IMG/VR virus record: IMGVR_UViG_3300045988_016297
DNA: 31,809 nucleotides
From: a virus
Reading direction: 5' to 3' (one strand)
Position numbers and translations under genes: made by a program. The notes beneath the pieces are model-generated. The model saw only the letters and a list, made by a program, of their open reading frames with translations, ran no database searches and was not told the origin of the DNA. Positions 18,457 through 24,988 of this stretch are shown here, one piece after another (within the stretch, counting starts at the first letter, position 1; the number at the start of each line of letters is the position of its first letter).

Positions 18457-18999
18457 TTAAATAACAAAGTTTCTTAAAGCATCATCTAGTTCAGCTTGTT
18501 CAATTCCAATATATCTCAGCGTTATGGCTGGAGATGAGTGATTGAACATCTTCTGTAGTGTGCCTACGTCCTTTGTTTTATTGTAGTATTTGTATCCAAA
18601 TGTTTTGCGCATTGTATGAGTTCCCACATTGTCAATGCCCAATTCTTCAGCAGCTTCATGGATGATCTGGTAGGCTCGTTCACGAGTGATGGCCTTGTTT
18701 CCTCCTTGCCTGCTCTTGAATAAGAAATGATGGAATGGCTTCCCTTCAACATACTTTCTCATTTCTCGTTTCAGTTCTTTCGTCATTCTACGGGAAATCT
18801 GTTTGCCAGTCTTTCTCTCTCGTAGTTTGATGTGCCATCCTTGAACATCTTTGACTTTGAGTGTGAGGATATCACCAACACGCAAGCCTGTATTGAGACC
18901 AGTGATGAATAGCATGTAATACATTTCATTCCATTCTCTCAGATAGTCTTTCATCGCTTGAATGTCATCTGTGTCTTTAATGGGTGAGACCTCTTCCAT
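18457..18999 (-). CDS. Short tyrosine recombinase (catalytic domain only, about 180 aa)
   Basis: All catalytic signature residues can be placed: R in GLRVGD, K in ERKTGK, H-x-x-R in THTMRKT, H in FNHSS and Y in TLRYIG. Only about 25 aa precede the catalytic domain, so there is no core-binding or arm-binding domain. The likely start is the ATG at 18999 (MEEVSPIK), after GAGGGGG; the track's start at 19035 is less likely. Confidence 0.8.
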   Translation of the reverse strand: MEEVSPIKDTDDIQAMKDYLREWNEMYYMLFITGLNTGLRVGDILTLKVKDVQGWHIKLRERKTGKQISRRMTKELKREMRKYVEGKPFHHFLFKSRQGGNKAITRERAYQIIHEAAEELGIDNVGTHTMRKTFGYKYYNKTKDVGTLQKMFNHSSPAITLRYIGIEQAELDDALRNFVI

Positions 19000-19041
19000 A
19001 CGGTTCCCCCTCTCTATATTAAAATTGATTTTCATAAGGAA

Positions 19042-19113
19042 TTGGGAGTGCAGGAATCGAACCTACTCCTACTGTTTTCCGTCAGTACGCTCTACCATTT
19101 GAGCTAACTCCCT
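19042..19113 (-). tRNA. tRNA-like element with a non-canonical anticodon arm (possible pseudo-tRNA or specialised tRNA)
   Basis: The minus strand reads (A)GGGAGT-TA-GCTC-AAATGGTA-GAGC-G-TACTG-ACGGAAAA-CAGTA-GGA-GTAGG-TTCGATT-CCTGC-ACTCCC(A)-A. The D arm and the T arm (GGTTCGATTCC) are canonical. The anticodon stem closes an 8-nt loop lacking U33, the variable region is only 3 nt, and the acceptor stem is 6 bp or 7 bp with an A:A 1:72 mismatch. No CCA is encoded. Confidence 0.5.
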
Positions 19114-19163
19114 AACAACTATTAGGAGACCCTCTCATCCATGATTTGATTATCATGAACAAG

Positions 19164-19209
19164 ATTATAGTATTTTATTTTGTGTGAGAATACAATAACT
19201 TATATTCTC
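19164..19209 (-). promoter_or_regulatory. Right copy of the duplicated hairpin + promoter element
   Basis: It starts 4 nt after the arpU-like stop codon. On the minus strand: inverted repeat GAGAATA-N10-TATTCTC (19186-19192 / 19203-19209), then -35 TTGTAT (19190-19195), a 17-nt spacer and -10 TACTAT (19167-19172). A TATAAT at 19164-19169 overlaps the -10. Confidence 0.55.
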
Positions 19210-19212
19210 AAT

Positions 19213-19617
19213 TTATAGTACACCTTTCATTCTGGCATACGTTTCCAAAATGCCAGCACGCTTGCGGTAAATTGTAGCGTTGCTAACAAATTGCTTTTCT
19301 GCAATTTCTTCCCAATCAAGATTTGCTTGTCCCCATCTTAGGTAGAATATATCAAGCTGTTCCCATGTCAGTTGCTTCTTAAATGATTCAACAGTTTCTT
19401 TGAACAGCTCAAGATTCTTCAAAGTCACATCAGTAGCAAATTTCATCACTGTGTTTTCTGTTGGTTTGCTGATTCCTGATTTTCCTCCCCCAACTAGATC
19501 ATCACCGTTCTTTGCCATCAATTCTGCTTTGCGTGTCCAGATTGCCCGGTCAATTCCACGAAAATTGAATAATTCTTGGTCAAGGTTAAGCAATTCTCTA
19601 TTGTTTAATTTTTTCAT
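19213..19617 (-). CDS. ArpU/RinA-family late transcriptional regulator
   Basis: 134 aa. It has a C-terminal sigma-region-4-like HTH (..FVSNATIYRKRAGILETYARM..). Its position as the last regulatory gene before the packaging module is typical of Gram-positive phage late activators. Confidence 0.75.
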   Translation of the reverse strand: MKKLNNRELLNLDQELFNFRGIDRAIWTRKAELMAKNGDDLVGGGKSGISKPTENTVMKFATDVTLKNLELFKETVESFKKQLTWEQLDIFYLRWGQANLDWEEIAEKQFVSNATIYRKRAGILETYARMKGVL

Positions 19618-19787
19618 TCAATAACCTCTCTTTGATAGATTTCTACTATCCCTTTCCCTTTTAGTCTTTCACAGTGAGCAAGTGCTTCATGTCTTGTCCC
19701 GAATTCAGCTTCAGTGTATTCAGCTAAATGTTTAGGATCAATCCAACTTGAATGACCGTGATATTTTCTTACAACATAAGTTCTCAT
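19614..19787 (-). CDS. Hypothetical protein (57 aa)
   Basis: MRTYVVRKYHGHSSWIDPKHLAEYTEAEFGTRHEALAHCERLKGKGIVEIYQREVIE. It has ATGA overlaps at both ends. It is below the 60-aa ORF-track cutoff. Confidence 0.55.
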   Translation of the reverse strand: MRTYVVRKYHGHSSWIDPKHLAEYTEAEFGTRHEALAHCERLKGKGIVEIYQREVIE

Positions 19788-19885
19788 TTATTTTTCCTAC
19801 TTCTGTAAACAATAACTGATGCCCACAATAATCCAGTGAGCCAAATACAAGCTAGCAACAAATAAATAAAATTTTGAAATTCCAT
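19784..19885 (-). CDS. Mini membrane protein (33 aa)
   Basis: MEFQNFIYLLLACIWLTGLLWASVIVYRSRKNK: one hydrophobic helix and a basic tail. It is coupled to the downstream ORF. Confidence 0.45.
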   Translation of the reverse strand: MEFQNFIYLLLACIWLTGLLWASVIVYRSRKNK

Positions 19886-19893
19886 AATAAATC

Positions 19894-20049
19894 CTACTTA
19901 TCCCATATCATTTTAGCTACCACTAAAATCAAAACAGCAATTACTAGATCAGCTATTGCAGGCAGAAAGACATAGAACCAGCCCCAAGAGATTACACCTA
20001 ACAATTTCAAAGCTATTAATAATAAAGTTAACCAACTAATAAATCCCAT
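19894..20049 (-). CDS. Small membrane protein (51 aa, two hydrophobic segments)
   Basis: MGFISWLTLLLIALKLLGVISWGWFYVFLPAIADLVIAVLILVVAKMIWDK. A GAGGAGGTGGAG RBS lies 3 nt upstream of the ATG. Confidence 0.6.
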   Translation of the reverse strand: MGFISWLTLLLIALKLLGVISWGWFYVFLPAIADLVIAVLILVVAKMIWDK

Positions 20050-20068
20050 TACTCCACCTCCTCGTTGT

Positions 20069-20245
20069 CTATTCCTTTACATCAATAATGGACTGACCTT
20101 CTACAAAGACCTTGCCATCTCTGAAAGTAACGCTCGAATTATTTGATTTTATGTTATAAGCATTGATATAGCCACAATTTAAATTTGAAATTTGTTTTTC
20201 AATAATTCTTATTTTTCCGCTATACGGATATCGTTTTGGTCTCAT
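20069..20245 (-). CDS. Hypothetical protein (58 aa)
   Basis: MRPKRYPYSGKIRIIEKQISNLNCGYINAYNIKSNNSSVTFRDGKVFVEGQSIIDVKE. It has an ATGA overlap with the upstream gene. Confidence 0.55.
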   Translation of the reverse strand: MRPKRYPYSGKIRIIEKQISNLNCGYINAYNIKSNNSSVTFRDGKVFVEGQSIIDVKE

Positions 20246-20508
20246 GATTCCACCTCATCAGCATTTTTAAGGGCAAATCCAACTCCATACATTAACAAGT
20301 AACTTTGAAGTCTTACAAAGTCTTCAATCAATTCCGCTTCTTGCATATCGTATTCAGCGACTTCATTTAAAAAATATTCTATGTCGTCATGTTGTACACT
20401 GCCGTATTTTGTTCTTGTGTGATTCATTTCAAATTCGCAACCATCTACGTCGATTATGTAATGAATCCCATCTATCGAATTTTCGTATTTATAATCTTTA
20501 ATAATCAT
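20242..20508 (-). CDS. Hypothetical protein (88 aa)
   Basis: ORF with GAGGAGG upstream. Acidic. No recognisable motif. Confidence 0.7.
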   Translation of the reverse strand: MIIKDYKYENSIDGIHYIIDVDGCEFEMNHTRTKYGSVQHDDIEYFLNEVAEYDMQEAELIEDFVRLQSYLLMYGVGFALKNADEVES

Positions 20509-21031
20509 TCTTCTACCTCCTCTAACTCAATCCCCGGACAATCGAACACCCAGCCGAAGTCGGCTTGTTCTAGTTCTTTTCAGGTGTGTTGTAATCTGAC
20601 ATAGCTATATCTGTGTCTGTTACCCATGAACCAACTTTTATTCTCGATGTTATATTTCAAACTACTCATACCAGACATGATTCCTTTACAAGATACCGCT
20701 TTTCTTTCTCGACCTTATAACCAAACTGCTTCATATTTATAAGAGTTTTAATAGGTTTATTTCTTGAATAATTCATCCATACTTTAAACTCTGATTCCTC
20801 CTGTTTATACCAATCTAAAATATAATCCCAAATATGAAATTCTAGGTCATCTTTGTTTTCCTCGTACCAATCCGCCACAAACTGCGGTACGACTGGTTTC
20901 TGGGGTTCGTCTAGTTGTTTCAGATCTTTCAAAACTTCCTCATAAGCCTCCGTTTTGTAGTAATCTCCATAGACTTTATGGACTTTATTCAGAGCGCTTT
21001 TATATTTTTCAATCAACTCTTGTTTATTCAT
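20505..21031 (-). pseudogene. DUF1642-like gene (paralog 2) disrupted by a frameshift and an in-frame TGA
   Basis: ORF 20666-21031 ends at ...EKEKRYLVKESCLV*. The -1 frame continues MSSLKYNIENKSWFMGNRHRYSYVRLQHT (20583-20669). After a TGA at 20580-20582 it reads KELEQADFGWVFDCPGIELEEVEE* (20508-20579). That reproduces the C-terminus of intact paralog 1 (..LTKWQLEESGFGWVFDCEGIEIEEIE). Confidence 0.65.
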
Positions 21032-21335
21032 TTTCTTGCTCCTCGTCGTATTCTTTTACCAATTGATTCAACCATGACCAATCATTGTCGTCTTCATCAA
21101 TTGGTTCAACTTCTCTTTCTTGTAACCAAGCAGAGAAATCAATTACGTTGTCAATATAGATCGTGAAATAATCACCCCAGCTCCACCAAGTTAGGTCGAT
21201 ATTAGTAGTCTTTCCATTTTCATCTTCTACTGTGATAGAGCCGTTTTCTACCATAGCCGTCCCAAAGCATATCTCACAAGTTCCTGTCTGTTCTTCTTGT
21301 ACATCTGATACATAATCAATAACTTTATACTTCAT
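21024..21335 (-). CDS. Hypothetical acidic protein (103 aa)
   Basis: ORF overlapping both neighbours. Trp-rich and acidic. Confidence 0.7.
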   Translation of the reverse strand: MKYKVIDYVSDVQEEQTGTCEICFGTAMVENGSITVEDENGKTTNIDLTWWSWGDYFTIYIDNVIDFSAWLQEREVEPIDEDDNDWSWLNQLVKEYDEEQENE

Positions 21336-21831
21336 TCTTCAAATCCTCCTCTTTAACAAACGTTCCATCAATCCATTTACCCTTACGATCCTTGATTTCG
21401 TTATATGCCAGCTCAAAGCAATCGGTAAAGTCGTAGTCAAGCGCCTTACTAATAGATTTTAAGTAAGCTACTGCACGTACCAGATTATGACGACACATTT
21501 TTTTACTTGCTAAATCTTGAGATAGTTGAAACTCACTGATATTGGCATTTAGCAGTTTGAAGCAGTCCATTGCTTCTTTTCGTCTAATGTTATTAGACTC
21601 TTCAAAGATGCTCTGTACATCCTCTTTGATAAGCAATGCTAGACCTACAACTACTACAGCACAATCACCAATGCTGTCTTTTGTTAGTGCTTCATTCTTT
21701 TTCAAAAATCCTGCACATAACTCGCCAAATTCCTCACTTAATTTTAAGGACTGTTTATCTAGCCGGCCCCCGTTTTCTAGATCTCGATCAATAAACCATT
21801 TTTTTACTTTGTTTAAAATTAAATTCTCCAT
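21325..21831 (-). CDS. MazG-like nucleotide pyrophosphohydrolase
   Basis: 168 aa. It has an EEFGEL...D..GD acidic metal-binding pattern in a helical context. AAGAGG RBS. Confidence 0.6.
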   Translation of the reverse strand: MENLILNKVKKWFIDRDLENGGRLDKQSLKLSEEFGELCAGFLKKNEALTKDSIGDCAVVVVGLALLIKEDVQSIFEESNNIRRKEAMDCFKLLNANISEFQLSQDLASKKMCRHNLVRAVAYLKSISKALDYDFTDCFELAYNEIKDRKGKWIDGTFVKEEDLKNEV

Positions 21832-21843
21832 TTTTACCTCTTT

Positions 21844-22233
21844 CTATTTTTTCACAAGTTTTAGATTGCCAGTCTCTTTGCCTTTTTTGTTTAAATCTGC
21901 ATAGAATTTCAATAGCAATTTATCTTTCCCTGTGATTTTGCTTAATTTCTTTAATGAACCAGTACATAAATAGCGCCCGTTTTCATAGAGCTTATAATCT
22001 GCCAACTCATCTGCATCACCCATGATGGCTTTTTCTCCTATTTCAAAATACTCGCAAATCATCTTTATGTGATATTCGTGTACTTTTCTTTTGCCAGTCA
22101 ATAGACTGCTTATAGTAGTCATTGAGTAGCCTATTTCTTTGGATAATTCTCTAGCTGTCAAGTTATGGCTTTTCATTAAGAGCTTGAGTTGCTCTTTAAA
22201 ATGTTCTATCTGATTTTTTGTATAGCCTGCCAT
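21844..22233 (-). CDS. XRE-type HTH DNA-binding protein (129 aa)
   Basis: N-terminal ..LTARELSKEIGYSMTTISSLLTGKRK.. helix-turn-helix motif. Confidence 0.7.
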   Translation of the reverse strand: MAGYTKNQIEHFKEQLKLLMKSHNLTARELSKEIGYSMTTISSLLTGKRKVHEYHIKMICEYFEIGEKAIMGDADELADYKLYENGRYLCTGSLKKLSKITGKDKLLLKFYADLNKKGKETGNLKLVKK

Positions 22234-22249
22234 GATACATTAGAACTCC

Positions 22250-22444
22250 TTATTCAATTTCTACTGGATAGAATGTACCAAATGACTTTCTTAAAGCATT
22301 TCCTACCTGGATAGCTACTCCACGAGATGCGAATTTCATTGCTTTCGCTTCCTCAGAGAAAGAGACATCCAAACCAGTGGTCCTAATCACTACAGATTTT
22401 ACAAATGGTTTTGCTTGTTTTGATCCATGTTTTAAAATAAACAT
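22250..22444 (-). CDS. Hypothetical protein (64 aa)
   Basis: TAATG coupling to the replisome organizer gene. Confidence 0.6.
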   Translation of the reverse strand: MFILKHGSKQAKPFVKSVVIRTTGLDVSFSEEAKAMKFASRGVAIQVGNALRKSFGTFYPVEIE

Positions 22445-23343
22445 TACTTCCCATCCTTTTCTAATTTCTGTAGCATTTTATTTTTTGCTTCCTCCAAAGC
22501 TTTTTTCTCTTGATCACTTGTTTGATTGGTGTAATTTGGTTTTGACCAATCTGGAACGTTTGATTGTTGCTTTGTTGGTTGTCCTTTTGTTTTGCTTTCC
22601 TGGAACTTCCGTTCTCGTTCGTTTACTGCTGTAATTGATAACAATCCATCATTTTTCCAATTTTGCAAAATAGCTCTAATATAGCTGAAATTTCTTTTAC
22701 CATTGTCAGCGGCTAAACTGATAGCTTTTAAGACTACATCTGGTTCCATACCATCAAGAGTTATGAATTCTTTTAAAGTTTCAAATTGGATTCCATCAAT
22801 TGGTGAAATACGAGACTGATACTCATCTACGATGATTTTGAGTGTGTTTTTCTCTAAATCTTTCTCTATATCTTTCTCTATTTCTTTCTCTATCTCTATC
22901 TCTATCTCTGGTGGATGTTCGTCCGACATTTGTCCGGACAAATGTCCCAACAATAATTTTTGTTTTTCCTTCTCAATTCTTCTGCGATAGTCACGCTTTC
23001 TATCAGCTTCCGTGTTAGATTTTCCAATAAATGATTCAATGTCTAGCATAAAAATGGCGCCATTGTCCAAAACATCAATTAGGTTCATTTCCTTGAAAAT
23101 GCTGACAGCTTTTTCAACTACTGCCACAGGATGCCTTGTAATTTTTGAAAGCATTTCAGAATTGAATGGGATTCGATCATTAAACATCAACTTACCATTG
23201 TTTTTCAAAGATCTCAGATAGAGTTTGATCAAAATGTTAGAGTATAGAAAACCATCTGGCATGCTTTCTAGGATAATCATTTCATCACTATCGTAAAAAT
23301 TTTCTTTAACCCTCAGATAGTAGTATTTCTTATTATCTGACAT
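22444..23343 (-). CDS. Replisome organizer (Rep-org N-terminal domain + DnaD-like C-terminal domain)
   Basis: 299 aa. The N-terminus MSDNKKYYYLRVKENFYDSDEMIILE... is typical of phage replisome organizers. The C-terminal NFSYIRAILQNWKNDGL is a DnaD-domain signature. GGAGGA RBS. Confidence 0.85.
   Translation of the reverse strand: MSDNKKYYYLRVKENFYDSDEMIILESMPDGFLYSNILIKLYLRSLKNNGKLMFNDRIPFNSEMLSKITRHPVAVVEKAVSIFKEMNLIDVLDNGAIFMLDIESFIGKSNTEADRKRDYRRRIEKEKQKLLLGHLSGQMSDEHPPEIEIEIEKEIEKDIEKDLEKNTLKIIVDEYQSRISPIDGIQFETLKEFITLDGMEPDVVLKAISLAADNGKRNFSYIRAILQNWKNDGLLSITAVNERERKFQESKTKGQPTKQQSNVPDWSKPNYTNQTSDQEKKALEEAKNKMLQKLEKDGK
22851..22909. repeat. Direct-repeat array inside the replisome organizer gene (putative ori)
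   Basis: Three 12-nt units TCTCTA(A/T)(A/T)TCTT at 22851-22886 are followed by about four 6-nt TCTCTA/TCTATC units. The array encodes the EIEIEIEKEIEKDIEKDLEK linker between the two protein domains. Confidence 0.6.
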
Positions 23344-23357
23344 TTCATTCCTCCATT

Positions 23358-23771
23358 CTAGAATGGCAAACCATCATCAGGGATATTCATTTGATTACTC
23401 TCAAACGAAGGAGGCATTTGCTCGTCCATAGAGTTCCGGTTGGCTGAATTGTCACGCTTTTCTAAGCTTCTGAAACTATCAATAACAACTTCAGTGACAT
23501 AGACACGTTGACCTTGCTGATTCTCATAATTACGGGTTTGGATGTGACCAGTGATGGCTACAAGATTTCCTTTTTTGATCCAATTTGCGAAGTTTTCAGC
23601 TAATTTCCGCCAGATCACACAATTGATAAAATCTGCATCATATCCACCATCTTGATTTTTAAAATTTCGATTTACAGCAAGCGTGAATTGTCCAACTGCT
23701 TGATCTTGAGATGTTCGATGTAGTTCTACATCACGAGTTAAGCGCCCGATAAGTACAACATTATTAATCAT
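23358..23771 (-). CDS. ssb: Single-stranded DNA-binding protein
   Basis: [17 protein letters not shown]... OB-fold N-terminus and a canonical acidic tip ending ...DDGLPF. The ATG at 23771 follows a GGAGG RBS. Confidence 0.93.
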   Translation of the reverse strand: MINNVVLIGRLTRDVELHRTSQDQAVGQFTLAVNRNFKNQDGGYDADFINCVIWRKLAENFANWIKKGNLVAITGHIQTRNYENQQGQRVYVTEVVIDSFRSLEKRDNSANRNSMDEQMPPSFESNQMNIPDDGLPF

Positions 23772-24063
23772 GTTTACCTCCAATAAATGCATCTGTCTTT
23801 GTCAATGCCTCTTCTACCTTTTTCGATGCCTCTAGCTGGAGCATTATAGCCTTCTCTTTCTCGATCAACCAATCCATGTGAACCTTTGCTTTCTCCAAGT
23901 CCTCAATCCCATTTTTTTTGCGATAGCGAAGGAGGTATTTTAGGGTATTACCCAAATGATACCCTGTTAACTGTTCATCATTCATGAAATTGCGATGAAC
24001 ATCAATTGCTTCTATGCCATTCCGGCCTTGGTAATGTTTTGGATTTTTTACATTGTCGTTCAT
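23764..24063 (-). CDS. DUF3310-family phage protein
   Basis: NPKHYQG..IEAIDV....[20 protein letters not shown] pattern. Confidence 0.65.
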   Translation of the reverse strand: MNDNVKNPKHYQGRNGIEAIDVHRNFMNDEQLTGYHLGNTLKYLLRYRKKNGIEDLEKAKVHMDWLIEKEKAIMLQLEASKKVEEALTKTDAFIGGKHD

Positions 24064-24269
24064 AGTTCAGACATTCCTTTCACTGTTCTTTTTTGATGAA
24101 TTTCTGACATTCTCTTATTCCACATTTCACGCTGATATTTTGCTGATTTGTAATGCTTCATTTTGGCTTTCTGGCGAACGATTACTTCACGCATCACAAA
24201 GATTGCAAATCCTGAAAGTAAAATGTATGTTACAAAAGCTACTGCTAAAATAATTTCAATTGTTGTCAT
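24060..24269 (-). CDS. Small membrane protein (69 aa)
   Basis: N-terminal TM segment (IEIILAVAFVTYILLSGFAIFVM) and a basic C-terminus. Coupled to its neighbours. Confidence 0.7.
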   Translation of the reverse strand: MTTIEIILAVAFVTYILLSGFAIFVMREVIVRQKAKMKHYKSAKYQREMWNKRMSEIHQKRTVKGMSEL

Positions 24270-24534
24270 TTTCTTCTACCTCTTTTGTTTCTTTTTGTGG
24301 GAAAAGTTCCCGGTTGAATTTGTTAATCATCACATCTTGAGCCTTATTGGTCTCTTTGATTTTTTCGATACTTTTGGCCCAATGACCTGTACTTTCAAAG
24401 TTCATTTGGACCGCATTTTCTAGATCCTTGATATGTTGTTCTTGATCGTACATGATTTTCATTGTTGCGCCTGCAAATAATAAGAATAGTGTTGTAAGTG
24501 ATAAGACAGTAAATTTTAATTGTTTTAAGCTCAT
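24256..24534 (-). CDS. Membrane-anchored protein (92 aa)
   Basis: N-terminal TM segment (FTVLSLTTLFLLFAGATM). Confidence 0.7.
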   Translation of the reverse strand: MSLKQLKFTVLSLTTLFLLFAGATMKIMYDQEQHIKDLENAVQMNFESTGHWAKSIEKIKETNKAQDVMINKFNRELFPQKETKEVEENDNN

Positions 24535-24698
24535 ACTCTAATCACCCCATCATTCTTAAAATCCAGAGCCATCTGATGAAGTTTATCTTCAAATTCGTTA
24601 TCTGGCAGTTTCATCAATTTGGCTTTTTCTTCTACTTTTAATGTCCTATTGGCATCTTGCCAATCCATCATTTTCAATAATTTTTTAATTGGATCCAT
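24531..24698 (-). CDS. Hypothetical protein (55 aa)
   Basis: MDPIKKLLKMMDWQDANRTLKVEEKAKLMKLPDNEFEDKLHQMALDFKNDGVIRV. GAGAGGA RBS. ATGA overlap with the next gene. Confidence 0.55.
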   Translation of the reverse strand: MDPIKKLLKMMDWQDANRTLKVEEKAKLMKLPDNEFEDKLHQMALDFKNDGVIRV

Positions 24699-24711
24699 TT
24701 CAAAATCCTCT

Positions 24712-24867
24712 CTATTCTTTATTTTTCTTTTGTTCTATAGCTCTTAAAATTATTTCATGAGCTATATTTTTAGTAAGCTTTTCTAGTTTGATTAAAGCTT
24801 CTCTATAAGTCTCTGATTGTTCAATTAGCCAGTCAGACAATTCTATAATTTTATCCTCAAAATCCAT
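24712..24867 (-). CDS. Hypothetical protein (51 aa)
   Basis: MDFEDKIIELSDWLIEQSETYREALIKLEKLTKNIAHEIILRAIEQKKNKE. The RBS is weak. Confidence 0.4.
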   Translation of the reverse strand: MDFEDKIIELSDWLIEQSETYREALIKLEKLTKNIAHEIILRAIEQKKNKE

Positions 24868-24988
24868 CTCAAGACCGATGACCTTTCTATATTATTTTGG
24901 TAATTTACTACCGACAAAAACGATTAAATAAGACCTCTTACTCCTTATGAAAGTCGTGTGTCAAATATCCAAGAAAGGAGGACAACTT

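Larger units (their letters stand above)
17266..19209 (-). mobile_element. Candidate inserted or mobilisable cassette bracketed by 46-bp direct repeats
   Basis: The repeats are 1,898 bp apart. The contents are the tRNA-like element, the short tyrosine recombinase, a DUF1642 protein, a 64-aa protein and a lipoprotein. The cassette is interposed between the late activator gene and the HNH/cos/terS block, which I would expect to be adjacent. Mobility itself is not demonstrated. Confidence 0.3.

Noticed and set aside
19042-19113. The tRNA-like element as the attP core of the main integrase, or as the left end of a tRNA-targeting island with a 3'-end direct repeat
   Set aside because: The arm-type repeats and int terminator place attP at 29417-29838. 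I found no second copy of the tRNA 3' half (GGTTCGATTCCTGCACTCCC) near 17.2-17.4 kb or anywhere else I could see.
18338-19212. An invertible (phase-variable) segment controlled by the short recombinase
   Set aside because: I found no convincing inverted repeats flanking the recombinase gene or adjacent genes. The repeats that are present are direct, not inverted.
20580-20582. The in-frame TGA as programmed read-through or selenocysteine
   Set aside because: The same gene also carries a frameshift about 100 nt upstream, and no obvious recoding structure follows. Pseudogenisation is the simpler explanation.
22851-22909. Short tandem repeats that could be mistaken for a CRISPR-like array or microsatellite
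   Set aside because: The units are 6-12 nt with no spacers. They lie in frame within the replisome organizer gene. They are interpreted as iteron-like ori repeats.
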